From contig NIVC01000716.1 in the NCBI GenBank assembly GCA_002269645.1, positions 331,426-395,425 of the forward strand: DNA of 64,000 nucleotides. Direction: 5' to 3'. Under the pieces are notes generated by a model that saw nothing but the letters and a program-made list of their open reading frames with translations, made no database searches and was not told the DNA's origin. Origin of the DNA: Macrostomum lignano. Lineage: Eukaryota. This document shows, in pieces, positions 34,004-46,343 of this stretch. The translations under genes and the position numbers were made by a program. How positions within the stretch are numbered: position 1 is the stretch's first letter; every line of letters starts with the position of its first letter.

Positions 34004-34278
34004 TGTTGTGTCTGGTAACTGATGTATTTGTCTTGTTGCAGATTATCTCTTATGGCTGATATTGCTTTTTATTTGTCATGCGATTACGAAAGCTTTGGGC
34101 CGAAGAAAAACTTAGAGAGTAGACGCGCTCGGGGGGAGGCAATACGAGGGTTTTAAGGTCGTGGTCATAGACATAAGTAAATGGGGACTACTACAGTTAT
34201 CACGTAACAAAAAGGGGACGAAACTTGCAAAGTACGAGTATGGGCTACAATAATTAAGTGCATTTGCCATGCACTTCA
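34004..34278. mobile_element. Solo LTR, 275 bp, in Gypsy B RNase H
   Basis: TG...CA ends with 5-bp TSD CTAAT; removal restores HFILI-TDHRP. Confidence 0.85.
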
Positions 34279-37242
34279 CTAATCACGGATCACAGACCGC
34301 TTACGTACATTTTTGGTCCAAACGAAGGCTTGCCTATGCGCGTGTCAGCACGACTGCAGAGGTGGGCGATATCGTTGATGGCTTTTGACTTTACTATCGA
34401 ATATCAGAGGTCAAAATTTATGAAAGCAGATGCCTTGTCACGATTGTTAAGGGATGATACAGTGCAGACATTCACCGTCGGGAGTATCGAACTACCTTCA
34501 ACAATCATACCTGCTGAGGAGGTAAAAAAACAATCAATGGATTGCCCAGAAAATTTTCTGCTGAAAGAAGCTATTCGGTCCGGTAACTTCAACCACCCGA
34601 TTCGTCCTTTTAAGGCAGTTGCGGATGAACTAACGATTGAGTCAGACATTGTCATCAGGGATACGCGAATCGTTCTGCCGAAGAGTCTGAGGTTTTCTGC
34701 AGTTCAGACAGCACACAGCACCCATTTGGGCATAGATCGAACTTTGTTACTTTTGAGATCCCAGTTCTGGTGGCCCGGTTTGGATAAAGACGTGAAACAG
34801 CACATCGGAAGCTGCGTAACCTGTAAGATAGTTAAGCCACGCAATCGAAGCTTCTTGACATCTTGGCCAACCGCCACGGAGCCAGGCGAGCGTGTACATG
34901 CTGATTTTGCAGGTCCTATAGATGGCCAGTACTTGCTAATATTTGTGGATGCAATGTCCAACTACCCAGAAGTACATTTGACAACCAATATGGAATCGTC
35001 GACAGTAATTTCCAGATTTCGAAGGACGTTTTCGCAGTGGGGCGTACCAAAGACTCTTGTGACTGATAATGGGTCCAGCTTCGTCTCAGCGGAGACAACG
35101 CAATGGTTGAAAGCTATTGGTTGCAACCATGTAACAACACCTCCGTACCACCCTCAGAGTAATGGGGTAGCTGAACGACTTGTCCGTACTGTGAAAGAAT
35201 CCGTATCAGCATTGGGTTTGACCGTTTGAGTCAACAAAACGTCGACAGATTCCTGCTGTTTTATCGATCATCAAAGGGAAATGATGGCCGTACACCGTCG
35301 GAGAAGTTTTTAGGTCGAAACATTCGGACTCCTTTGATGTCGAATTTTTCTGGAGATGACGAGGTCGTGTAAAAGACAGAGAGAGCTACGTCGTTGGCTA
35401 GAGTCGTCTTACCGACTGGTCGAAACACGGCTATTATCAAGCTCGACAACGGCGTGTACAAAAAGGCACACTGGGACCAGATGCAAAGTTTCCAGTCTGG
35501 TGGCGGCAAGAGCACTGACTCGGAACAACTGGTTGCTGATGGTGCTAGTGAGGTGAATCAACCTCCAGATACGTTCCCTGGAGAACCAGAGCCGGTGCAG
35601 GGGCCAGAGCAGCAGCAACCGCAACCTCGGAGAAATGAAAGACTGTTGACTAAGCCAAGAGTGCATTACAAAGAATGAACTGTAAACTTTTGAAGTGGGG
35701 AGGTGCTGCGGGCTGGCTTTTGCCCGAGCAGATTTAAGTTTATTTTTAAGTGAAGTACGCTCGTATGATCATAGACTATTTCATTTGCCTGCATTGAGCA
35801 CAAGAGCATAACTAAAGGCAAACCGCTTGGAAATAAGTAAAATAAATATAAAAGCTAAACGTGGCCAAGCAGACATTGGCAAAAGAAAGGCCGAAGGTAT
35901 TACGGCGAATATTCAGGGCATTAAGCCCAGTGTCGAGGTCGCGTTCTGTGCCAAACCGAAAGCACCTATCTAAACCGCGCTTGCCGACGACAAACTCAAA
36001 CGAAGTCGCCGCGAATGTTACGGCTACTGTGGTTGGGCAGCGGGAGAAAGAAATAGACCGGGGCTCGACTCAAGAAGCGCCTTAAGGCGCGGCAAATGGC
36101 AAAGCGGCCGTAAAATGGAAGCGCGGACAGGAAAGAATGAAAGAAAGAACGAGATCCGACTGCCAAAACATACTTTCATATATAGTCACCCGATCCCCCC
36201 TCAAGCCGGGTGGTTGGGTGTCTGGCTGGCCGGTCAATAATTCCATTCGCATTGAGCCCGCAGCGCGCTCTCAGGCCGGATAGATCTCGCTCTGTCACGT
36301 GCCAGGGGTCAAGGTCGATCCTGATTGGCTGGCCGTGCAAAGCCGGGGTACATTGCTGCACTTTGCGCACGATATTTGCACTCCCGTTACGTCGAGAAGT
36401 TTTGTTCATTAGCTATTTGTTTTTTTCTTCTGTTATATAAATTAGTTTTCCTCAAATTCTATATCACAAAATATAAAAATCAATATTTTGAAAAAGAAAA
36501 ACCGCTTGGCGCGTGCATTTAATGATATTAATATAATAATAAAGCCATAGCGCACAATGTACATAAAAAGGCGCTACGCTATGAAATGTAACTGTAACAC
36601 ATCAGTTTCGAATGGCGGCTCGCGAGACTCGCCAACATGGGGAGGCGAGGCGCGCAAACGTACAAAAAGCCGCCACGAATAAAACGAGTTTATCTCGACG
36701 CATAAAAATTTGATTACAAAGAATCAAGGGAAAGGAGTAGGAATAGTGAACAAGGATAAAGGAGACCACAGAAAAATGAAAAATGACTACGGCAGAAGCG
36801 GAGAAGGCGAGCAAAGTCAACGCCTGAAGGCTTTAAAACCAAAGCGGAGGAGGCAGGTGCGGGGCAGCGAGACGGAGAGGGAGGGGCGAGGCGCAGAGAA
36901 AACGAGGCGGCGAACGAACAGGCATAAACTAGCTTAAACTTCATTTCAGTTTTGGCACGCTTGTGGCTAATTCACTTGCCAAATTTTTAATATCAGCGCC
37001 AAAACGCAGATGATCGCCTTTTAGGCTTGGATTGTCCCTTCGCTTGATTGCAGCTTGATTGGATCTGTAAGCTTTAAACAGTTAAACGTAGTGTTTAATG
37101 GGCTTTCTCGCCTTCAACACAAACGCTAGGCAGATCCATCTGACCCTGGTGATTAGAGCCTGTTATAGTTGGCTGGTAAAACGAATCTATTTTAACAAAA
37201 GTAGAAGGCATGAGGGGGCTTCTGGGACAAAATTTTTCACCT

Positions 37243-37625
37243 CCTCCATAATCCACCTAAATCCATCCATATTATCCCTGACAGAATCAGAAAAAAAGGG
37301 GGTCGCACTCGCTCACAAAACATCCTCCATAATCCCATTAAATCCATCCATATTATCCCTGACAGAATCAGAAAAAAAGGGGGGTCGCACTCGCTCACAA
37401 AACCTCCTCCATAATCCACCTAAATCCATCCATATTATCCCTGACAGAATCAGAAAAAAGGGGGGTCGCACTCGCTCACAAAACATCCTCCATAATCCAC
37501 CTAAATCCATCCATATTATCCCTGACAGAATCAGAAAAAGGGGGGTCGCACTCGCTCACAAAACATCCTCCATAATCCACCTAAATCCATCTATATTATC
37601 CCTGACAGAATCAGAGCATAACAGG
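37243..37625 (+). repeat. 81-bp tandem repeat in TIR (4 full units plus 1 partial)
   Basis: Unit ctccataatcc...gacagaatcagaaaaaaaggggggtcgcactcgctcacaaaacatc; 3 plus partial at 60340-60640; 1 plus partial in element 1. Confidence 0.9.
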
Positions 37626-37812
37626 TGTCCACTGACACCTGTTATGCTCACTGACACTGACATAATCCACTAACATCCACCCAGAAACAATCAGAAAATA
37701 ATCTGCATTCTTCTCCCCACATTCAATTTGCAACGCGAAACCAGATCCCAAAGACTTTAAATTATCAGCGCAGGGTCCTCACCCTTTGAAAAAAAATTAA
37801 TTCTCAATAAAA

Positions 37813-38055
37813 ATGTTTCCAGTTGTCTCTCCAGGTTCTTATTATACTCAGCCTAATCCATTGTACAAATCCAAGTACCAATGCAAACTAGAATGTAGCG
37901 AGTACATGAGAAAATATTGGCCCGACGTTGAAATCAATGTCCCTAATATTAATCTAGCTCTCCAAAGACACTGGTTTCATAAGTATGGAGTAACCTACGT
38001 AAAAGATTACGACAGCTACTATAACTTTGCAGAAATCATTAGACAATTGCGTTAA
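37813..38055 (+). CDS. Conserved 80-aa subterminal protein (left copy)
   Basis: Same translation as 59905-60147; ortholog of 16515-16751. Confidence 0.68.
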   Translation: MFPVVSPGSYYTQPNPLYKSKYQCKLECSEYMRKYWPDVEINVPNINLALQRHWFHKYGVTYVKDYDSYYNFAEIIRQLR

Positions 38056-38253
38056 AAATCTCAAGCTGAAAGTCAGTAGTTGTTAGTAGTGGCAATACTT
38101 ACAACACTCATCTAAGGGGGATAACATCAGTCTACCACCCCCCCCTCCCTAGGACAGCAAAAAAATCAACATAATCTAAGGGTGAAAAGTAGCGGTATTC
38201 TCACTTAAGTTACAGGACTTATAATTAATAGTATGCAGCCAAAAAAACTGAAA

Positions 38254-38440
38254 GGCCAAAATCGTTTTCATTTTGGCCTCGCCCGAGGCCGAAATCGTTT
38301 TCATTTTGGCCTCGCCCGAGGCCGAAATCGTTTTCATTTTGGCCTCGCCCGAGGCCGAAATCGTTTTCATTTTGGCCTCGCCCGAGGCCGAAATCGTTTT
38401 CATTTTGGCCTTGCGCGAGGCCGAAATCCTTTGCATTCTG
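38254..38440 (+). repeat. 33-bp tandem repeat containing palindrome GGCCTCG-CC-CGAGGCC
   Basis: About 5 units here and about 3 units inverted at 59581-59710. Confidence 0.9.
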
Positions 38441-38741
38441 GCCTTCACTCGAGACGGAATTCTTCCTCGGCTGGGCTCAGTTAAAGTGAAAATCTCTCTC
38501 CCCCCAACGCGCGCTGCGCCCATACACATACACTCCCCTCTCCCCCGCGCACGCGCGCCTCCATAATCCCATAAGATTACAGAATCAACTCCCAAAATCT
38601 ATCGATTTGGGAGACGCGCGATTTGGGAGACGCGATAGATTTTTTCTTTGCGGATCGTACATTCTAGAAACTTCTAGAAACCCCCACCCCAGCTGGTTAT
38701 ATTAAACCAGAAGCATAAACAACCCAGTCCTCTTCACTTCC

Positions 38742-39017
38742 ATGTCATCGTTTGCGACAGACCAAAAACGTTTAAAAGAACTTGAAGCAAAGTTAAAGCA
38801 GGAAAAGAAAAGGGCAAACATATTACACCGCAATAGTGATTTAGCTAGCTTCAACATTGAAGAAATATTTAGAAATTGGAAGAGAACTTCCTTAAAAAGC
38901 AACAGTGACTTCTTCAAGTCAGTAGAGGTAAGGCTCAAATCTGTGTACTTTTATATGTGCATTTGTCTGGTACTTTTTATTGTTATTTATAGCATTGTCT
39001 CATTTCTTACAATTTGA
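38742..39017 (+). CDS. 91-aa tail-anchored membrane protein (N-terminal coiled coil, C-terminal TM)
   Basis: KRLKELEAKLKQEKKR and terminal VYFYMCICLVLFIVIYSIVSFLTI. Confidence 0.5.
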   Translation: MSSFATDQKRLKELEAKLKQEKKRANILHRNSDLASFNIEEIFRNWKRTSLKSNSDFFKSVEVRLKSVYFYMCICLVLFIVIYSIVSFLTI

Positions 39018-39063
39018 AGGCTGTATTCCATCTGCAAGAAAAAATTAACTTAAAAAACAAGAT

Positions 39064-39321
39064 TTGAAGAACAGAGAAACTATCCCCGACGGGCTTGACT
39101 GCAATGTTTGCCTTGGCTGGCTCACCAACCCCCGGCTGCTCGGCTGCGGCCACACTTTCTGTCTCAACTGCCTGCAGCGGATTCACAGTGCCGAGAGAAA
39201 TGCCACCGACTGTCCTTTATGTCGGGCTGTGACACCTGGACCGGTGGAAGAACTGCCACGAAACTATGCTGTCGAAACGTTGATTGAACGCTTCGATCAA
39301 CAAGGCAAAAATGAATATTAA
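39064..39321 (+). CDS. C3HC4 RING finger (TRIM-like) protein; no in-frame ATG
   Basis: CNVC...PRLLGCGHTFCLNC...CPLCR...LPRNYAVETLIE; in-frame stop at 39046 with no ATG after it. Confidence 0.75.
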   Translation: MKNRETIPDGLDCNVCLGWLTNPRLLGCGHTFCLNCLQRIHSAERNATDCPLCRAVTPGPVEELPRNYAVETLIERFDQQGKNEY

Positions 39322-39867
39322 TGAACTCTTTTCCTGCTTCAACAGATGCTTCAACAGAAAGATGGAATAACATCTTGAACAATAAAAAATAATATTGATT
39401 GATGAGTCAAAATGATGAGTCTTCTTTGTTTCTTTGCTTTAAAAAAAACCTTAATCCCTAGAATAATTTCTTTGTAACTCTAGTAGTTCTCTTCAGTAAA
39501 TAAGTAAGTTCAATAGTAAGTTCTCTTCATGCGCGCATTTTCTCATACCACTCTATTCTCTGCAAGCATACTTAAAAGGGAACGCATTTTCTCACATTCT
39601 CTCAATGATCAACGTCAATACAAACTCTTCACCGTTGAAATCAAACCCACTACTATAAGGAGTACTATATAGGAGTACTATATGCTAGGACTACTATTAG
39701 TAGATAACGGGTTTTTGTTTGCGACAAATATCCGACAAACTGTCGGATTTTTTTTGCTCAACAAAAACTGTCGGAAAACTGCCGGAAAACTGTCGGAATA
39801 CAACCCCCCCCCCGGTTCTCTCTTCTCCCAAACACCCGCCCAATCCAGCCGAATTTTCTTGCTTGAA

Positions 39868-40323
39868 TCATTCTGCTCTCTTAACCCCCAGCTCTTTCAG
39901 CAGTCTTCCAAGTTCTTTACGTGGCGCGTGCAATATAAAGCCCACCCCTTCTCTCAAACAACCGCCCACCCCCAACCCCAACTTTGTCTTACTAAAAATA
40001 ACCGCCTTGACTAATTTCCTAGCAATCGACTCACGAAATCCGCTTGAAATCCCCATATTGTCGAGTCTCCTGAGCATTTCTTTGTCCCAGCGATTCTTCT
40101 CCTCTGGATAATCCCTATACTTAACATCGTGCCACATGCAGACAGAATCTAATTCGTTCACAGGCTCATGCCCAGGATTTGGATTATTGTTTTTATCTAA
40201 CTGTATTTCAAGTGGATTCAAAGGCCCGCAATATTTATAGCCGGGAAGTGTCCAGCCTTTGTTTGGATGAGGAAGCTTTTCTATCAGTCCATGTGAATCT
40301 ATTTTACCACTAGAGCGCTGCAT
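39868..40323 (-). CDS. Parvovirus VP1u-like phospholipase A2 protein
   Basis: Same YCGP and HDVKY motifs as 3277-3777; intact 151 aa. Confidence 0.88.
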   Translation of the reverse strand: MQRSSGKIDSHGLIEKLPHPNKGWTLPGYKYCGPLNPLEIQLDKNNNPNPGHEPVNELDSVCMWHDVKYRDYPEEKNRWDKEMLRRLDNMGISSGFRESIARKLVKAVIFSKTKLGLGVGGCLREGVGFILHAPRKELGRLLKELGVKRAE

Positions 40324-40353
40324 TATTTTATTTAAAATTTTCTTTTTTTAAAA

Positions 40354-41369
40354 ATGACAGATCAGAAACTTAAAAAACTCTACTACAGCGACAAAGGGTT
40401 CTTTGTAGGCCAAATGCCGTTAGTAAACTCATGGAGCTGAGTAAAGAGCCAAAAGCTACAGTAGAAAAGTGGCTCTCTAAGCAGGCTGTCTTTCAAGTCT
40501 ATTTCAAACCAGTAAAATTTGAAAGGCCCCATTTCAGTATTTATAAACCTAATGAGGCGCACCAAGCAGATCTTCTGTTTCTCCCCAATGACTCAGGCTA
40601 CAAGTATGCTCTCACAATTATAGACATTGCTTCCAGATATAAGGAAGCTCGCCCACTCAAGACGAAGAAGTCAGAGGTTGTTGCCAGCGCACTGCAAGAT
40701 ATTTATAAAAACTCTCCGCTCACATACCCCCAAACCTTTATGACCGACCCGGGTAAGGAATTCATGGGTGCAGTCAAATCCCTTATGGAAAAGAAAAATA
40801 CGAAGATTCGCTACGGAAGAACTGAGCTCCACAGAGACCAGGCTTTTGTGGAAAGATTCAATCTAATTCTAGCCAAGAGACTATTCACTAAGCAGACAGC
40901 GCAAGAACTCAAACTGAGTGCGGGGCAATACTATACCAAGTGGACAGAAAGACTCCCTACTGTTATAGAGCAACTGAACAATGAAGTCACACGCATGACT
41001 GGATTGAAACCGTCCCATGCAATTAAACAAGACATTGTCAAACTTAAGGCATCTCATAGAACAGACAACACACACAACACAAAACACACCTCAAACTACC
41101 CTAAGCTTCCAGGAGTTGAATCACCATACATACTGACAAACTCTGAGTTTCTACGCTTTTTATATCTACCTGGAGAGTTAGAGAAGGACACTAAAAGAAG
41201 AGCTACAGATCCATACTTCAGCCTTGATGTACATAAAATAGACAGACATTTTACCTCCGACTCCGGTGACTATTACTTTTTATCTCAGGCCTTTAGCCCT
41301 AAATCCCCCACGCGGTCATTCACTAGAGCTGAACTCCTAGTGATACCAGCTGACACAGAAATTAATTAA
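40354..41369 (+). pseudogene. rve integrase, 1-bp frameshift near 40412
   Basis: Colinear with 3808-4833; DDE retained. Confidence 0.9.
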
Positions 41370-41385
41370 AATATTAAAATAAAAA

Positions 41386-41853
41386 ATGACAAAGATCGAA
41401 ACCAGAACCATCAATAAACTCAATAAAATCATTGAATCAAAGAAACCAGTTCTTATATCAATTAAAGGTGCCAAAGTAAAAATCGATCCCGTGCAGCAAA
41501 TAGTTCAATGCAATGAACTAAGACACAGCATCACAGACGAAAAGTCAGGAGGAATCCTACCATTAGCAGCTCTTATCCCAATCATTGCAGGCGCTGTAAG
41601 TGCCGCAGGTGGTGTAGCTGGAGGTGTAGCAACTGCTGTTAAAGCTGGGAATGATAGAGCCCACCAGCTAGAATTACAAAAGATTGCAAGAGACAAAGGT
41701 ATAACAATTAAGGCAGGAGAGGGCTACCCTGAGGGCTGCACCGATTGTGATGATCATGATGATTGTGAGCATGAAAATTCTGTAAGCAAGTCTGACATTG
41801 TCAAAGCCATCATGACACTGCACAATGCTGGGTTTACAATAATGCGCATGTGA
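41386..41853 (+). CDS. pX-like core protein
   Basis: Ortholog of 4850-5296; intact 155 aa. Confidence 0.7.
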   Translation: MTKIETRTINKLNKIIESKKPVLISIKGAKVKIDPVQQIVQCNELRHSITDEKSGGILPLAALIPIIAGAVSAAGGVAGGVATAVKAGNDRAHQLELQKIARDKGITIKAGEGYPEGCTDCDDHDDCEHENSVSKSDIVKAIMTLHNAGFTIMRM

Positions 41854-41976
41854 TGAGGTTTAAAACCCCACTTTATCCAGCTTCATAAACCTAAAGCTAT
41901 TGATAGGATGTAGAAACAGTTCAACTTTTCTATCAGGGTGGTCACCCTCAAAATTTTTTTTATATTTTCGAGAAAA

Positions 41977-44900
41977 ATGCCAAAAGCCAATCCAGCAAGA
42001 GATTTAGTCAACAAATATTTTTCGTCTCATTTACCCTACCCTACAACCTTACAAGGCGTCTCATTTCAAGACAAAAGTAATTTACTAAGAGAAGCATGTA
42101 AAAAAAGTTTAACACCGACCCTGGTCACCTGGGAAGCTATGAAAAACAGTTGGAAATCATCAATCAATTAGAATCCAATCAGTATGCGCCTATACAAAAT
42201 CCTGCAAAGGAACACCAAGAGAGGAGTCGCAACTTAGTTAACAAATACGAAACTCTCACTGGTGAAAAAGCAAAGTACCCACAAAATAAGCAGGAACAAG
42301 TGAAATTAGAGCAATTAATCCATTTAAAAGAGTCGGAGCTTGCCATTGAAGAGATAAATTTTGCACAGAGGAAGTTTACAGAACATTAAATAGAGTACAC
42401 AATCCCAATAAACGGCACCACCGCAAACATCTACGACTATAAAGACAGCATCCAATCAGTTGTTGATCACACACTCAAAACACGCAAGACCTTTAAACTA
42501 CAGATATCATTCAAGATTGCGTTTTATATGCCTGCAAAACCTACTGAGCATCTCGAGTATTACATGACAACAAAGGCAAAGCCATTCACCCCTACAGACA
42601 CACTGGATCCTTTCCTTCAAGATGTCACTAAGAAAATTGAAGCGTTTACATCCAGAGGTTCCGGATGGGTCGTAGGGGGGATTCAAAGAGCGACTATCAT
42701 GGTCATGAAATATGACCCACTTAAAGCCTCCCCTTATCTAGAGCTCCCGCATAAGCTAGCCGGCAAAAAAGCTTGCATAAATGTTAAAAATAAAGACAAT
42801 TGCTGTGCTCTATGGGCAGTTCTCTCTGCACTTCTTTATGATAGTGTCCTTCACCACCCCGAAAGAACCTCAAATTATCAAAATTATTTCAACTACTATC
42901 TCATCGAATGCGAAAAGAAGGGAATCAGGTTTGACAAAGGAGGCTTGGCGATCTCTCAGATCCCAAAGCTAGAAGAAGTGTTTAATAACAAAATTAGAAT
43001 CACAGTCTTTGAATGGAGTGAAAAAACTGAGAAAGTTCAACCGGTCAGATGTAGCAAAGACGTTTTAGATCCTGAGGGGAAAAGGCGGACTGAAGTGGAT
43101 CTTCTAGTGATTGGTAATTTACTAGAGGAGGCTCACTATGTTTGGATTAAAGATCTTTCAAGACTCATTCACAAGCAGTTGAATAACCATCACGAGGCTG
43201 TTGCCATCTGCCGCTTGTGCCTTAAGCATTACAGTGGACCTGAACGCTTTGAAAAGCTAACAGAGCATTAATTATCATGCGAGGATCACCCGACAAACTG
43301 CTCTCTTCCTTCAGCTGAAGAGAAGTATCTCCGGTTTAAGAACTATCACAAGATGGAGAAGCTCCCATTTGTTGTATATGCTGATTTCGAATGCTCAATC
43401 ATGCCGGAAACTCAAAAACAAACTCAAACACAAAAACATGTCCCCAATTCAGTAGCATATGCCTTTATTAATACAAAAGGACTTGTTGAGTATAATTATT
43501 TCTTTGGAGAGCAGTGTGTGGAGCAGTTTATTGCCAGAATGTTAGAGTTGCAAAAAGTGATTAGCACCCTTCAACCTGTTCCAATAAGTATGTCTGAGGA
43601 GGATGAAAGCAATTTCCTATCAGCAACTCATTGTCACATCTGCAGGAAACAGTTAACTAGCACTGATATTAAAAACCCGACCGTTAGAGACCACTGCCAC
43701 TTTACTGGGAAATTTAGAGATGCAGCGCATAACACCTGTAATCTAAAGCTAAAATCGAACATTCATGATCTAACAATATTTTGTCACAACGCAAAGAACT
43801 ATGACATGCATTTAATAGTTGAAAAAATCGGCATGATTCCAGACATACACCTTGATTGCATCGCAGAGAACAAGGAGAATTTTAAGTGTGTTGATATTGA
43901 TCAGGATAATTCAGGTAAAGGTAAAATAAGACTGAAGGATTCATATCAATTTCTAGCTGCCAGTCTAGACGAACTAAGCAAGAATCTAAAAGATGAACAA
44001 TGTACATTTACAAAGACGTTTGCAAGTAAAATTTACAACAGTGATGAATCATTTAAACTCCTGAGAACCAAAGGCTTCTACCCCTATGAAAATATTACTG
44101 GGTATCACGTATTTGAAGAAGGTTTACCACCACAGGAGAAGTTCTTTTCAAAGCTAACATACTCTGGAATCTCTGACGAAGACTATGAACACGCGAAACA
44201 TGTTTATAATTACTTTAATTGTCAAAACTTCTTCCAGTATCACCTGCTTTACCTCTACACAGATGTGTTTCTGCTGGCTGATGTGTTTGAAACCTTCAGA
44301 TACACCTGGTACACAGCATATGGCCTCGATCCAGCACATTATGTGTCTCTGCCTGCCACTAGCTGGGAATCTTTGCTTAAAATGAAATAGGATCAAGATC
44401 CAGATTGGTACATTGAACTTCTTACAGACATTGACATGTACAATTTTGTCGAATCGTCAAAGCGAGGGGGATCTCAATTTGCGTTAACAGGTATGCAAAA
44501 GCAAACAATCCCTACATTGAATCTTACAATAAGGAGCAGCCCTCAAACTACATTACTTACTTGGACGCTAATAATCTCTACGGGTGGGCGATGAGTCAAG
44601 ATCTTCCAGTTAGAGATTTTCGATGGCTACCCTCATCAGAATTCAAATGGGACTTTTCATTGGCTGCCATTTAAGAGGTTGATGTTTACATTCCACCAGA
44701 GCTTCACGACTATTTCTCTGACTTTCCACCCTTCCCAGAGAACATCAAGTGCCCGAAAATAATCGAAACTCCCTATGGAACTTGGCACCTGTCAGGAACA
44801 GAAAAAGAACATACAGAGAAACTAACACAGAATCTAAACAACAAGACACGTTACAAAATCCATTACAAACTGCTTCAGTATTTTATCTCACTTGGTTGCA

Positions 44901-45832
44901 GGGTCACCAAAGTTCACAGGGCTCTTACATTTACAGAGGAAGCGTGGATGAAACCCTACATTGATAAGAACACCCAGTTTAGGACCAAAGCAACCAACGA
45001 TTTTGACAAGAACCTCTTTAAGTTGGCCAACAACTCTGTCTATGGCAAGACTCTTGAGAATGAGAGGAAAAGAACAAACCTGAAACTTGTTACCTCATCA
45101 GAGCCTGCTGTTATTCAGCAGATCAAAGCCAACATTCAAAGAACTCGATATCTTTAATAGCTACTTGGGTGTGATCATATTTTACAAAACCAAGGTGACG
45201 CTGCGCAAGCCGATCTATACAGGTGTCACTGTTCTCGACGAATCAAAACGTCTGATGTAAGATACCAGTTCTTCTATGGCATGAAGCAGCAGTACAAGGA
45301 TAAAATGAAACTCTTGTACACTGACACAGACAGTTTTATTATGGACATTCAAACAGAAGACATTTATCAGGACATGCTGCAGCAAAAAGATTTGTTTGAC
45401 TTGTCTGAGTATGATGAATCTTTCAGGACACAGAATGGCGATCAAGTGTTTGACGCCACTAACAAGAAAGTGATTGGGAAAATGAAGGACGAGATTGCTG
45501 GTGACATAATCACTGAATTCATTGGGTTGAGAGCAAAGTCCTACTATTTTGTAAAATGTGAGTCGTCAGACCCAATTAAAAAATCAAAGGGAATTCCGAA
45601 ACGTGTGGTTAGGAAGGAACTTAATGAAGCTGAATACAGAGACGCCTTGAATTGTAACAAAAAGACATCACATGAGTTCTCAAAGCTACAATCTAAAAAC
45701 CATATTATTCACACAATTCGGCAAAAGAAGATTGGGCTGTCAGGTGCAGATAACAAGAGATTCATTTTTGATGACAACATTAACAGTCTACCGTTCGGGC
45801 ACTGGAGATTAGGTTTAGGAGATTGGGTTTAG
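41977..45832 (+). pseudogene. Protein-primed PolB, multiple stops and frameshifts
   Basis: Same motifs as 5420-9278, with lesions mostly at different positions. Confidence 0.93.
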
Positions 45833-45937
45833 GAGGTGGAGATTAGGTTCGTGCACTGGAGATTAGGTTTAGAAGGTTGAGATTAGGTTTAGTTTTAAGA
45901 GAAAGTTTAATAAACCTCATAAAAAATGACATAAAAA

Positions 45938-46339
45938 ATGACGACAAATAACTTTCTTGAAGATTTGGCTAACGAACTGGAAATCCCAAACTTTAGAGGA
46001 ATATTTATGAGGGACACTCTGCCTGATTTTCCTCTAAGAAAGGAATGCGGCATCATGAACTTTGACACCACCGATAAGCCAGGATCTCATTGGGTTTGCT
46101 GGGTGATTGATCCCGATCGCAAGCACAAGTGTTATTACTTCGATAGCTATGGGACGGCAGTACCAGAAGAGCTAAGAAATTATATGAAGGGAAAAAATAA
46201 TAAAAAAATTTACCACTCAGACTTTATTCTCCAAGGTCTTAGCAGTGATATTTGCGGTGAGCTGTACATGACTGTTTTGTATGCAATGACCAAAACACGA
46301 AAGACCTACAAGGAAATTATTCTAGGCTGTGTTTCATAA
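45938..46339 (+). CDS. Adenain-type cysteine protease
   Basis: H, D, Q and catalytic C retained; 133 aa. Confidence 0.92.
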   Translation: MTTNNFLEDLANELEIPNFRGIFMRDTLPDFPLRKECGIMNFDTTDKPGSHWVCWVIDPDRKHKCYYFDSYGTAVPEELRNYMKGKNNKKIYHSDFILQGLSSDICGELYMTVLYAMTKTRKTYKEIILGCVS

Positions 46340-46343
46340 GGGC

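Larger units (their letters stand above)
26363..35933 (+). mobile_element. Gypsy B, degenerate, hosting three nested insertions
   Basis: LTR remnants 26363-26470 and 35704-35933 share 88 bp; PBS tggcgtcgcaagc at 26472; gag CCHC, protease VDTGA, RT (YVNDIL), RNase H 33650-34000, integrase 34284-35680, PPT before 35704. Confidence 0.88.
36630..38555 (+). repeat. Left arm of long inverted repeat (570-bp flank plus Polinton 2 terminus)
   Basis: Reverse complement of 59471-61248; differs by one 81-bp unit, two 33-bp units and a few small changes. Confidence 0.93.

Noticed and set aside
36620-36640. A TSD outside the extended inverted repeat, which would define a larger composite transposon
   Set aside because: Flanks gagact (left) and tccgcg (right) share no direct repeat, and the ends do not resemble known TE termini.
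37243-37625. 81-bp repeats as a CRISPR array
   Set aside because: Units are contiguous with no unique spacers, there are no cas genes, and the context is eukaryotic.
37098-37673. 191-aa ORF (and 60287-60781) spanning the Polinton terminus
   Set aside because: It crosses the flank/TIR junction and consists of translated 81-bp repeats; it has no equivalent start in element 1.
38254-38440. 33-bp palindromic repeats as CRISPR, and the repeat-derived ORFs 38176-38595, 38233-38484 and 38273-38566
   Set aside because: No spacers; the repeats are open in several frames simply because 33 is divisible by 3.
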